Notes under the pieces: model-generated
Database searches by the model: none
Seen by the model: the letters and a program-made list of their open reading frames with translations, nothing else
What the model was told of the DNA's origin: nothing
Program-made: the position numbers and the translations under genes
In this document: in pieces, positions 35,348 to 44,646 of the stretch
Numbering within the stretch: position 1 is the stretch's first letter
How the letters are laid out: the number at the start of each line of letters is the position of its first letter
Source of the DNA: an uncultured Bacteroidales bacterium
Lineage (GTDB): Bacteria; Bacteroidota; Bacteroidia; Bacteroidales; UBA3663
Assembly: GCA_905235375.1 (NCBI GenBank)
Contig: CAJOLH010000003.1
Location: 85,268 to 149,267 of the forward strand
Direction of reading: 5' to 3'
Length of the DNA: 64,000 bases

Positions 35348-36447
35348 CGTGCCACATCGTCCGCATTGTGATACTTGCGCACAAATGCCTGGCTGCTCGA
35401 CTGCAGTCGGGCTATTTTGTTTCTGTCGGTCAATGTTGTGCGCAGCACCTCGTAATTATGCACATCGTCGAACGGACGAAGGTTGATGATGCCGGATTCC
35501 TGTGGCCCGTCGATGAACCGCTGATATTCCGGCTCATAGCCGCTAATTACCACCTTCCCCTGCGCCATGCTTTCGAGGGCACCCATCGCTGGCGTAAAAC
35601 TGTAGAGCTGATCGACGACGACATCTGCCTCAGCCACAAGCCGCTGATACTCTTCGAAGGGAACCGACTCAATCTTGCGCAAGTCGATCACGTCGGGGAA
35701 CTCTTGGGAAAGTCTGTCGAACAGAGGTTCCAGTTGGTCGGTGCCCTTCATTTGTCCGCGAAGTTTCTGGGCTGCAAAGAGAAGGCGAAGGGGGGAAGAG
35801 GAGGAGGGAGTTGCGATGGCATCGCGACAGACGGAACGGGGGGAAGAGGGGGTGTTTACATCGATGGGCAAGGGGATGTAACGGAGGCGGGAGTGGAATT
35901 CGGGGGTGTCATAGACCTTCCAGTATTCGTAGAGGCATGGGACGAGACAATCGGCTTGCTGCATCACATATTGCGTCAATTCAGCTTTCGGTCCTTTGGT
36001 CCAAGCAGCGATACGACGACGATTCACGTCATGATCGATCACTCGGCCAGCGGCATAGAAGTCGGTATAAAGAAGATACTTGTCGTCCTGCATACGACTG
36101 ATGACGTAATAATCGTCGCCAAAGCAGCCCACCGACATGAGGTCATTGTTTCGCTTGAGATAGTCGAAGACCCACCTGTTCCATCGAGCCTTGACATCAA
36201 GGAAGATGGGATTGACGACCTGCACGACATCATACCCTCTCAGTTTGGGCAAAAGAGTGGCCAGCTTCGACAGATACATCAGGGAGCCGACAGGACCCGC
36301 CTTCGTGCGACGCAAATCGACATCGCGCGGATAATCCTTCCATCCATCACCATCGCTAATGAGCAGCACCTCATGCCCTGCGCGACGCAAGGCCTCGCAG
36401 AGTGTATGATGTACGTTGCTGTATTCGCCGAAGAGAAGGATGCGCAT
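35290..36447 (-). CDS. GT-B fold glycosyltransferase (group 1-like) carrying an in-frame repeat-element insertion
   Basis: MRILLFGEYSNVHHTLCEALRRAGHEVLLIS is a Rossmann-type N-terminus. The C-terminal half (KGTDQL...EADVVVDQLYSFTPAMGALESMAQGKVVISG) is typical of GT-B. The start is set at the ATG at 36447. The 3' end overlaps the convergent symporter gene by 58 nt. Confidence 0.7.
   Translation of the reverse strand: MRILLFGEYSNVHHTLCEALRRAGHEVLLISDGDGWKDYPRDVDLRRTKAGPVGSLMYLSKLATLLPKLRGYDVVQVVNPIFLDVKARWNRWVFDYLKRNNDLMSVGCFGDDYYVISRMQDDKYLLYTDFYAAGRVIDHDVNRRRIAAWTKGPKAELTQYVMQQADCLVPCLYEYWKVYDTPEFHSRLRYIPLPIDVNTPSSPRSVCRDAIATPSSSSPLRLLFAAQKLRGQMKGTDQLEPLFDRLSQEFPDVIDLRKIESVPFEEYQRLVAEADVVVDQLYSFTPAMGALESMAQGKVVISGYEPEYQRFIDGPQESGIINLRPFDDVHNYEVLRTTLTDRNKIARLQSSSQAFVRKYHNADDVARQFVEFWSLASSSKRSSHR
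35807..35841. repeat. Intragenic copy of the 35-nt palindromic repeat core (GGAGTTGCGATGGCATCGCGACAGACGGAACGGGG)
   Basis: 33/35 identical to 36512-36546. Flanked by G-rich tracts. Translated in-frame on the minus strand. Confidence 0.9.
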
Positions 36448-36584
36448 GGGGAGGAGGATGAGGGGGTTAAGGGCAGCCAAACATGGCTGCCATGGGGACA
36501 AGGGGGGGGATGGAGTTGCGATGGCATCGCAACAGACGAAACGGGGAACGGGAGGAACGGGGAACGGGAGGGACGAAAGTGGGC
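36448..36584. repeat. Composite intergenic repeat: palindrome GGCAGCCAAACATGGCTGCC (36472-36491), palindrome GTTGCGATGGCATCGCAAC (36515-36533), and GGAACGGG direct repeats
   Basis: Direct reading. It fills the whole space between the CotH-like stop and the GT start. Confidence 0.85.
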
Positions 36585-38072
36585 TTAGCGCTGGTGGCTG
36601 ATGACTCGCTTTCCCTGGATGAAGAGACCAATGGGGAGCTCGGTGGATGGGTTGAGCCTTCTTCCCAAAAGGTCGTAACAGGGAGATGGGGTTTGATACT
36701 TGTCTGTGGGGATGCTACGGATAGCATCGGGAGCAATATATCCATAGACCGAATCGAGATAAATGAGACGGTCGTGAATCCATCCGTAAATATACTCCTG
36801 TTCGAGGTCAGGGTCGCGAAGTTTGCAGTTGGAGTTGACCCATCGGTTCTGCTCACGTTCATACGCACCCGTCCGAACAAACAAGTCGAAGTAACGACCG
36901 AAGTAATTGCAAAGAGACTGCTCGGTCCAGAGACTGTCGCGCAATCCGGCATATCGGATTGACAAGGTATCGGCGTAACCCTTATAAAACTCCGACATAC
37001 GGGTGTTGAAATTGGTCTTGTTCCTCAATTCAGTGGTAGGATTGACGCGCACCCCAGTCACATCACGTCCCCACGACACGTCGAGGTCCCAAGGCGTGAT
37101 GCCCACACGCTGGTCGCTTGAACTTTGATCGTAGAACCAGCAATAGTAATTCTTGCCGACGTTGTCGTAGGCATAGAGCAAATCCAGCAGAAGCATGAAA
37201 TCGCAGAACACCGGAAGATCGAAATATTTGCCTACATAGTTGTAGAACGCCGTTCCCACATAGCCTGCAAGGTAATAGATATTCTTGCGCAAGGGTTCCC
37301 ATGTCCAGGGTTCGCCATCGTGGACATCGGGATATTCGCACTGAACGCCATCATAATAGGAGCTTTCCTCGTTAGGGACGTTCTGATTCCAATAAAAATA
37401 GGGCGTGCGCGTCTGGTTGCCATTGATGACCTTGTAGAGAAGTCCACGATGATGGGAGGTGCCATCCTCCTCGGTAACAAACTTCTTCAACTTGAGCTGT
37501 TTTCGATCAACGCGCTCCATCAAGCAGTAAAGTCCCATATACTGGCCGTTGGCATAAGCCTCGACATACTTGCCACGATAGCCATTGACGACCTTTGACT
37601 TCTCTTCCTGGTGATAGGGTGAATGAGAAAAATCGAGCCAAACATCCATCGAAACACGGTTGCGCATCTTAGAATGGTCGGGAGCCATGCCATCGAGAAT
37701 CCAGTTGTTGTCCTTTCGCATACCGAGGAAAGAGACATCAAGCGAATTGCCATCTTCGTCGAAAAACTTGAGCGCATAGTTCGGCTTGTCGTAGTCGAGT
37801 GACGTACCACCACGACGCCTAATGGTGCAACGGAACTTACGTGTGCTGTCGGTGCTGTGATAAACCACCTGACCCGGGATGAACGTATCGTGGTTGAGAA
37901 GAGCCTCGGTGTAGGTCAGTTCGATGACCGGAAGATCAGCCATCCAAGTAGTATCGACAGCTTGCCAGGCAGCAACAGTCTTCCCTTGAGCCATCACAGC
38001 CAAAGGAGACAGGCACACAGCTGACACCCAGGAAATCATTACAAGAAACAGCTTCAAAAAAGGAGTTTTCAT
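36585..38072 (-). CDS. CotH-like (atypical kinase fold) secreted protein
   Basis: Signal peptide MKTPFLKLFLVMISWVSAVC. The blocks DNNWILDGMAPDHSKMRNRVSMDVW and YVEAYANGQYMGLYCLMERVDRKQLKL resemble the CotH family. Confidence 0.65.
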   Translation of the reverse strand: MKTPFLKLFLVMISWVSAVCLSPLAVMAQGKTVAAWQAVDTTWMADLPVIELTYTEALLNHDTFIPGQVVYHSTDSTRKFRCTIRRRGGTSLDYDKPNYALKFFDEDGNSLDVSFLGMRKDNNWILDGMAPDHSKMRNRVSMDVWLDFSHSPYHQEEKSKVVNGYRGKYVEAYANGQYMGLYCLMERVDRKQLKLKKFVTEEDGTSHHRGLLYKVINGNQTRTPYFYWNQNVPNEESSYYDGVQCEYPDVHDGEPWTWEPLRKNIYYLAGYVGTAFYNYVGKYFDLPVFCDFMLLLDLLYAYDNVGKNYYCWFYDQSSSDQRVGITPWDLDVSWGRDVTGVRVNPTTELRNKTNFNTRMSEFYKGYADTLSIRYAGLRDSLWTEQSLCNYFGRYFDLFVRTGAYEREQNRWVNSNCKLRDPDLEQEYIYGWIHDRLIYLDSVYGYIAPDAIRSIPTDKYQTPSPCYDLLGRRLNPSTELPIGLFIQGKRVISHQR

Positions 38073-38096
38073 CGACGAACAAAGTATTTTTCGCTG

Positions 38097-38104
38097 CAAA
38101 GATA
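38097..38104 (-). promoter_or_regulatory. Bacteroidota -7 box (TATCTTTG on the minus strand) for the CotH-like gene
   Basis: CAAAGATA on the plus strand, 25 nt upstream of the ATG at 38072. Confidence 0.5.
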
Positions 38105-38147
38105 AGTAATTTTGTTCAAACCTTGTGCATCGAATCAATTTTTTTTG

Positions 38148-38155
38148 TAATTTTG
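38148..38155 (+). promoter_or_regulatory. Bacteroidota -7 box (TAATTTTG) for the GT2 gene
   Basis: TAnnTTTG match 21 nt upstream of the ATG at 38176. Confidence 0.45.
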
Positions 38156-38175
38156 CACCGTTAAAAGTTACAAAT

Positions 38176-39156
38176 ATGCTGCTAAGCTTCATTATTCCCG
38201 CCTATAATGTAGAGAAATACATCGTTGCATGCCTTGACTCCTGTCGGGCACAAGGCATCGATGACATGGAAATCATCGTAGTCGATGATGGCTCGACCGA
38301 TAGCACCCCTTCCCTACTCGACGAATATGCGCAGCAGCATCACTGCGTGAAAGTGTTCCACCAGAAGAACCAGGGACAAAGTGTGGCCCGCAACCTGGCC
38401 ATTGAGACGGCAATGGGTGAATACATCTACATGGTCGATGCCGATGACAAGATGATGGATGGCAAAGTGTTGCCTATCGACACGATGCGCAGCGGGAAAT
38501 ACGACATCATAGGCGTGCAGGTCATGTATCAGCTCGAAGATGGCTCACAACGTCCGTGGAGTCATCAGATGGAACGCTGGCCCTTCGACCACGAATACGC
38601 AACGGGCGCAGACTTTGTGCGAAGTCATAACATCGAGGGGCTGGTCTATGGATATCTGTTCAAGCGAAGCCTCTTTACCCAGAATCCGGCTTTGCGCTTC
38701 ACGCCCGGCATCTACCATCAGGACGAGGAACTTATCTTCAAGCTCTTCACGCTGGCAGGGCCTGTGGTCTATAAGCGCGGCTATACCTATTTATATTATG
38801 AACATTCGGGCAGCAGCATCAACACCCACACCGAAGCCCGTAAGCGCAAACTGATGGACGACACGATGACTATCATCAGCAATCTCATCCATTGGCGCGA
38901 TGAACACGGATTGGATGACATGATGCGATACAAATTGTCCTATTTGAGCATGGATGTTCTGCGCGTGCTCATCAGAAAGCAACATGATACGGACTATGCC
39001 CTGCAATGCATCGGAACATTGCGGCAACTGGGCCTTTACCCGCTGTCATGGATCAATGAACCGAAATACCTCGCAGTAAAACTGCTGACATGCACCGAGA
39101 GACTGGTCACATGGTGGATCAAGCATCCGCAGTTCAGCAAGAGAGTAGGATTCTGA
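38176..39156 (+). CDS. Family 2 glycosyltransferase
   Basis: MLLSFIIPAYNVEKYIVACLDSCRAQGIDDMEIIVVDDGSTD, followed by a DADD motif. Confidence 0.85.
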   Translation: MLLSFIIPAYNVEKYIVACLDSCRAQGIDDMEIIVVDDGSTDSTPSLLDEYAQQHHCVKVFHQKNQGQSVARNLAIETAMGEYIYMVDADDKMMDGKVLPIDTMRSGKYDIIGVQVMYQLEDGSQRPWSHQMERWPFDHEYATGADFVRSHNIEGLVYGYLFKRSLFTQNPALRFTPGIYHQDEELIFKLFTLAGPVVYKRGYTYLYYEHSGSSINTHTEARKRKLMDDTMTIISNLIHWRDEHGLDDMMRYKLSYLSMDVLRVLIRKQHDTDYALQCIGTLRQLGLYPLSWINEPKYLAVKLLTCTERLVTWWIKHPQFSKRVGF

Positions 39157-39170
39157 AGAGGTTATTTTTT

Positions 39171-39226
39171 CGGTATTACGGCATTACGGAATAACGTTAT
39201 TCCGGCATTTCGTTATAGCGAGACAA
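39171..39226. repeat. 8-bp-periodic CG-punctuated tract forming an imperfect palindrome of about 50 bp (core CGGAATAACGTTATTCCG) between convergent genes
   Basis: The units read cggtatta cggcatta cggaataa cgttattc cggcattt cgttatag. It could act as a bidirectional terminator. Confidence 0.6.
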
Positions 39227-39228
39227 TT

Positions 39229-40452
39229 TTATTTTGAAGCAAATTCCATCGTCCTCGCCGAACGATAAAGCACATCAAACTGCTTGGCAATGACTTCGGG
39301 GCTATGACGCTCGGCCACATATTGATGACGCTGAAGTGCCAACGTCAGGTCGGATAGCTGCACATCGGTCATCCGGCTCCGTGTCGCAATGAAGGCGGAC
39401 ATGACTTCCTGCAATTGAGATTTATCACCAGGTGCAACGGTTATGCCGCGATTCTGAGCCAACATAGAGGGAATAGTTCCGACCTTGGTAGCGATGACGG
39501 GAAGTCCGCAAGCGAGAGCTTCAAGTACCGAAACGGGCTGATTCTCGAAATTACTGAACATCAAGAGTGCATCATGCTGCTGGAGAGCCTCTGCCAAACC
39601 TTTACCTGTCTGCGACGGAAGGAATGACACCGTTTCGTCCAATCCAAGCTCCTTGCTGTAATCCATCAACTTAGGTTTATCGTTTCCCTCCCCAATGAAG
39701 TCGATGTGGAAGTCCTGACGCTGTTCCCTCAGCCTTGATGCGGTGCGAAGGATACCTGAGATGTTCTTCGAGTCATCGCGCATCCACGACACATGAACGA
39801 ATGTGACTTTGGGACCAGCGTTTACCTTTGGGGCAGGGACAAACATATCGGTATCGACAACATTGCCGATGCGCGTGTAATGACGATTGTCAAGCCCCCA
39901 CTTCTTCATATTTTGCTCAAGATTGAGGCTGACGGGACATACATAGGAAGCATCCTTTACGAAGCGTCGGCCCAGCCTGAGCTGCATAGCGCTGTCGGGA
40001 TAAGCCCCTTCACGGGCATAGCGTGACCAATGTTCGGTGATGATATATGGAATATGATGGAGTTTGAACAAGAGCCAGGGCAAACCTGCTGCACGCGTGA
40101 GAACATTGACATGGCACACCTCAGGCAGCTCCCCTTGCCAATAATTCTTCTTGATGAAACGATAGCCCTTGATGTAACCCATCATGAGCCAAAAGAGTCG
40201 CACAAGGCCTGTAATCAATGGTATCTCAAAACGAGTCTTGGGCACATAGACAAGAACCTCATGCAGTGATTTGATATTGCCTTCCGTCGGGCAAACTTCT
40301 ATCGACAAACCTCGGACAGCCAGATCGGTCTGCACCATCAACACAGCGACATCATTTAGACGAGCAACAGCCCTGGCGTGCTTCTGAATGAAGACACCAT
40401 CGCCCGCATCCTTGCGGTTAGGGTACCATGCTGTGGTGAAGAGAATGCGCAT
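39229..40452 (-). CDS. Family 4 (GT-B) glycosyltransferase
   Basis: MRILFTTAWYPNRKDAGDGVFIQKHA is the N-terminus. The C-terminal half has the EX7E-type region (FENQPVSVLEALACGLPVIATKVG). Confidence 0.85.
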   Translation of the reverse strand: MRILFTTAWYPNRKDAGDGVFIQKHARAVARLNDVAVLMVQTDLAVRGLSIEVCPTEGNIKSLHEVLVYVPKTRFEIPLITGLVRLFWLMMGYIKGYRFIKKNYWQGELPEVCHVNVLTRAAGLPWLLFKLHHIPYIITEHWSRYAREGAYPDSAMQLRLGRRFVKDASYVCPVSLNLEQNMKKWGLDNRHYTRIGNVVDTDMFVPAPKVNAGPKVTFVHVSWMRDDSKNISGILRTASRLREQRQDFHIDFIGEGNDKPKLMDYSKELGLDETVSFLPSQTGKGLAEALQQHDALLMFSNFENQPVSVLEALACGLPVIATKVGTIPSMLAQNRGITVAPGDKSQLQEVMSAFIATRSRMTDVQLSDLTLALQRHQYVAERHSPEVIAKQFDVLYRSARTMEFASK

Positions 40453-40453
40453 G

Positions 40454-41743
40454 TTACATTATATTATAATGATATCGGCAGAAGAGGATGTAGAGGATGA
40501 GGTCGAGGATGCCGCCAACAAAGATGCCCATGCCGATACCATCGAGACCACCAAGATAAAAACCCACGAGAACCACCATGATGTTTATCAGGCAACTTAG
40601 CCCTTCGAGAATAATGAAATGCAGACGCTTATTGAGCGCCAAGGGCAAATAACCCAAAGGAAGATAAATTGCCTTGAAAAGGATGGCCAGCACCGACCAA
40701 CGAACCATCGTGATGAGCGGCAGGAATTCCTCGCTCAATAGGATACGTATCACCCACGGGGCAAGAAGCCAGATAACGATTACCACGGGAAGCGCGATGA
40801 GGAACATGACGCGAATCTGACGAATCACTACGATGCGGCGACCCGCAATATCATCGTCGGCAACAGCAGAAAGACGTGGGAAATAATCGTTGGCCACACC
40901 CGAGAAGATCATGCTCGGATAGGTGAAGGCGCACTGATAGCCCGCTTTGAAGAGGCCGACGACCGTCAAAGATGCTGTGGTAGCCAACACCGACTGAAGA
41001 AACAAATCGCTGCCCTGCAGGAAAAGACCCGTAATGACAAAAGCCATGCCAGTACGAAGCATAGGCTGCGATGCTTCCCAGAACTGTTTCCAATCGGAGA
41101 ACTGGCCCAAGTCGAGACGGAAGGGATGCGTCTTGTGCCCTTGCCATAGGCAAATGACGGCAGAAGCAAGCGCACAGGAAACGATGGCAAAGATGACACC
41201 ACGTATGCCCAACCACCAATAGAAAGGAACAGTGAAGACCAAGGCACAGATGGCTGTCAGCAGCATACTGAAAGCCAATCGGACGGAACGTTGCAGACTG
41301 CGCATCACGCTCATCTCGATGTCGCAGACGATGAGCGCCGCCACACCCACGCCCAAGAGCATAAAATGTGGCACATAATGCAAGGTGTCGAAATAAAGCA
41401 GGCTGAGAAGCGGAGAAAGCAAGGCAAGGAGCACGATGGCAGCAGCACCGCAGAGGATAGCCCAATGGCGTACGCGGGTCACATGTCGGTCGATAAAGGC
41501 AAGATCATGGGTGGAATAGGCTTCGGACAAGGTCTTGACACTTCCCGTCGAAAGACCCAGACCAAGCAGTTGGTTCATGAAAAGTTGAACCGTATTGAAA
41601 AGTGCATTCAGTCCGACACCGGCAGTTCCCAAAAGCACAGCGGCAAACTTCGTACGCACCAGGGCAGTCAGGATATTGACTGCCTTGGCAGCTCCGAAAA
41701 TGCCAGCACCTTTGACAATGGATCTGTAGGATGGGACCTCCAT
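40454..41743 (-). CDS. wzx: Oligosaccharide flippase (Wzx / MOP superfamily)
   Basis: Polytopic membrane protein of about 430 aa in a GT cluster. The N-terminus IVKGAGIFGAAKAVNILTALVRTKFAAVLLG is typical. Confidence 0.75.
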   Translation of the reverse strand: MEVPSYRSIVKGAGIFGAAKAVNILTALVRTKFAAVLLGTAGVGLNALFNTVQLFMNQLLGLGLSTGSVKTLSEAYSTHDLAFIDRHVTRVRHWAILCGAAAIVLLALLSPLLSLLYFDTLHYVPHFMLLGVGVAALIVCDIEMSVMRSLQRSVRLAFSMLLTAICALVFTVPFYWWLGIRGVIFAIVSCALASAVICLWQGHKTHPFRLDLGQFSDWKQFWEASQPMLRTGMAFVITGLFLQGSDLFLQSVLATTASLTVVGLFKAGYQCAFTYPSMIFSGVANDYFPRLSAVADDDIAGRRIVVIRQIRVMFLIALPVVIVIWLLAPWVIRILLSEEFLPLITMVRWSVLAILFKAIYLPLGYLPLALNKRLHFIILEGLSCLINIMVVLVGFYLGGLDGIGMGIFVGGILDLILYILFCRYHYNIM

Positions 41744-41756
41744 AAACCGATGAATA

Positions 41757-42428
41757 CTAAACGTGACAATCGGGCGTAACGTCGGAAGCCTTGACTTCGG
41801 CAGGAACACCAGTTAAAAGTAGATGTCCTTCGGGATGCTCTGCGCTATAATCACGAGTGCAAACGGCACCACTGCCTATCACCGAATGAGGAGGGACGAC
41901 AGCACCACGCAGCACCATGGTGCGAAAACCGAAGTAACAGCCATCGCCGATAGTGATGGGTTTGGTCATGGGTTGCACGTCCTTACCATGCGCTACGCTA
42001 TGCCCTGCGCTGTCGCAGATATAGATCTCTCCAGCCAAAACATTATCGCCCACAACTACATGCTCGGCACATTCTATCTGGCTGTCGCGAGCGATAAAGA
42101 CATCCCGACCTGTGATGAATGTGGCTCCATGATGGATAAAAAGACTGCTATCAATCCCGATATGGATTTTACCTCTCACCTCCCAAGTTCCAAAGATAGA
42201 GAATTGTGCCTTTCCTGCCTCGGCCTTATAAGTCTCATGACGACTTCCCAACGTGATAGTAGCCTTAGCAGCTTCGTCTGGCAACACAACACGTGCCCCC
42301 TCTCCTATTTCGATGCGCAACGGACCCTCCACCACGATGGGCAGACGGCAAGCCTGATGCCAGGGAAGCAACTTGAGGTTGAGTTTCAACGTTGCCAACC
42401 AATTGGTGCGGAAGAAGGAATTGAACAT
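41757..42428 (-). CDS. Left-handed beta-helix (hexapeptide) acyltransferase
   Basis: Hexapeptide-repeat region: IGDNVLAGEIYICD...ITIGDGCYFGFRTMVLRGAVVPPHSVIGSGAV. Confidence 0.7.
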   Translation of the reverse strand: MFNSFFRTNWLATLKLNLKLLPWHQACRLPIVVEGPLRIEIGEGARVVLPDEAAKATITLGSRHETYKAEAGKAQFSIFGTWEVRGKIHIGIDSSLFIHHGATFITGRDVFIARDSQIECAEHVVVGDNVLAGEIYICDSAGHSVAHGKDVQPMTKPITIGDGCYFGFRTMVLRGAVVPPHSVIGSGAVCTRDYSAEHPEGHLLLTGVPAEVKASDVTPDCHV

Positions 42429-42486
42429 AAGAATGGTGGGATGGATGGGCTCAGATTTTTCGGAATAATCGGGGTATTCAGATTAC

Positions 42487-43597
42487 TCAGAATCTCCAAG
42501 CGTTTAACACTGCGATAACCTTTGAAACATCATCGTCGGTCATCGACTGATTGCAAGGAATCGACAACTCCTGAGCGGCTATCTTTTCGGTAATCGGGAA
42601 ATGCAAAGCATGCCACTCGTTGTAGGCCTTCTGCTGATGAGGTGCCAAGGGATAATGTATCTGTGTCTGTATTCCCTGCTCAAGAAGATATCTCTGGAGT
42701 TCCTCACGATGAGGACTCAGCACAGGATAAACATGAAAGACATGATCAGCCTTGGCTTTGGGCAAAACGAAGGACGGATTGGTGAACTCACGCAAAACGA
42801 TTCGCTATTGCCACACGTCGAGCATTGGCACGATCCAAGTCATGCAACTTGATGCGAAGTACGGCGGCCTGCAGTTCGTCCATTCGAGAATTAACGCCTT
42901 TGAAGCGATGCACATACTTCCTTTCACTGCCATAGAATGCCAACTGACGAATTACCGTGGCTAATGCTTCGTCATCGGTGGTCACCGCGCCTGCATCTCC
43001 CAATGCCCCCAGGTTCTTTCCCGGATAGAAACTCCAGGCACAAGTACCTTTTGCCTTAATGCCATGGCTTTGCGCACTGTCCTGCAATACCAGCAGTCGA
43101 TGCTGAGCCGCCAATCTATCGATGGCCTCCATCTCGCAGCGCTGTCCATAGAGATGGACGGGAAGAATAGCACGGATCGTGACATCCTTGGCAACAGGAT
43201 ATGCCGGCGAAGATTCGGGATCCTCCAAGAGTTGAGTAATCTTTCGAGGGTCAATCAGATAGGATTCCGGATCGGGCTCCACAGGAATGGGGACCAACCC
43301 ATTATCGCTTACAGCCAGTATGCTGGCAATGTAGGTGTTGGCAGGAACGATTACGCCATCGCCTCGCTTCAGATATCCCATCTCAATCCATGCACGCAGC
43401 ACAAGACGCAGCGCATCCAGTCCGTTGGCACATGCCACGCAAAAGCGCGCGCCATTATAGTCTGCCCATTCCTGCTCAAACGCAGCGACCTGCTGCCCGA
43501 ACAGATACCAGCCCGAGTCAACTACATCGAGCAATGCCTGCTTGATGTCCACCTCGTAAGGAGCATTGATGGTGTGTAGGTCGAGATAGGGAATCAT
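42487..43597 (-). pseudogene. DegT/DnrJ/EryC1-family sugar aminotransferase (FdtB-like) split by a frameshift at an A4/T4 run (42794-42797)
   Basis: The N-terminal ORF ends ...[10 protein letters not shown]. The C-terminal ORF continues (L)[11 protein letters not shown]...HVYPV. Removing one T gives ANRLREFTNP in frame. Confidence 0.8.
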
Positions 43598-43644
43598 GAA
43601 GAGCTATGATTATGAATGATGGGGGATTAATGATCTTTGAATCC

Positions 43645-44646
43645 TTAGAGACTATTAAAACTATAATAACTATGAGGACGATACAGTTTGAGGACGAACG
43701 TCTTATAAGCGATGCCACGTCCTCCGAAACCTTCCTTCTGGGCAATGAGTGAAGCATTGAGGACTTGCCCACCCTGTTCGTTGCTCGTCCCGAAATCGAA
43801 ATACTGGAAACCTTGGCTACGATACCGCTCCATCAACCGAGTATAAAGGAAGTCGAGGGCTCCATCGGCCTTGCCCTGCGACGTAGCATGTCCGTATTGA
43901 ACATGAACTGTCATCGGATTAGCCAGGAAGACAACGGCACCTGCCTGAGCCTCACCTTCGGAATCGACACAGAGGAAACACTGAATGTTCTGAGGGAAAT
44001 AGCCTTGGAGCAACTGCATTTCGGCCAAAGAATGGACAGGCGAAGCATCGTAGCGCTCTTGAAGGTTATTGACCATGATGGGCCAGAACTCTTCGAGCGA
44101 GGCATTCTCGACAAGTTTATAACCCGCCTCTCTGGCACGTACTACTCCACGACGACGACGACGTTCGAACGGTGGTTGCTGCGGAGTACCAGCGAGAGGA
44201 ACCGTGCACGAGATATTACAACCCTCCAAGGTGGCTCCATGACGCCACAAGGCATATTCATCTTCTTGCGACGGACACTGATGATAGATTGTGGGCATTT
44301 GCTTGTAGTGCCATGCTTCGAAACCTTCATTTCTCAGATAGGCGACAGTTTCGTCGAAAAGTTCCATGACCTGTTCAACCGTGTTTTTGGTCGAAAGGAC
44401 AAAACCACCATATGTCAATCCCTGATGACTATAAAGATGCAGCACTCCATCGCACTCCACCTCATTGGCGGGCATGAGGGCGACCAGACGACCCTTGTCG
44501 TCGAGGCACATCAGCGAATGGTCAGTGAAATGATCACGATGATAGTCCATATAGTCACGTTCGAAGAGGAAGGTTCCATTCTTCGAAGAGCGGACAAAGG
44601 CATCCCATGCCAGCTTGTCACTGTCCGTATAACGATGGATATTCAT
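43645..44646 (-). CDS. FemAB-like / GNAT-fold acyl(aminoacyl)transferase (333 aa)
   Basis: The size and the N-terminus (WDAFVRSSKNGTFLFERDYMDYH) resemble Acetyltransf_6/FemAB-type proteins. ATGA overlap with the upstream fdtA-like gene. Confidence 0.5.
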   Translation of the reverse strand: MNIHRYTDSDKLAWDAFVRSSKNGTFLFERDYMDYHRDHFTDHSLMCLDDKGRLVALMPANEVECDGVLHLYSHQGLTYGGFVLSTKNTVEQVMELFDETVAYLRNEGFEAWHYKQMPTIYHQCPSQEDEYALWRHGATLEGCNISCTVPLAGTPQQPPFERRRRRGVVRAREAGYKLVENASLEEFWPIMVNNLQERYDASPVHSLAEMQLLQGYFPQNIQCFLCVDSEGEAQAGAVVFLANPMTVHVQYGHATSQGKADGALDFLYTRLMERYRSQGFQYFDFGTSNEQGGQVLNASLIAQKEGFGGRGIAYKTFVLKLYRPHSYYSFNSL

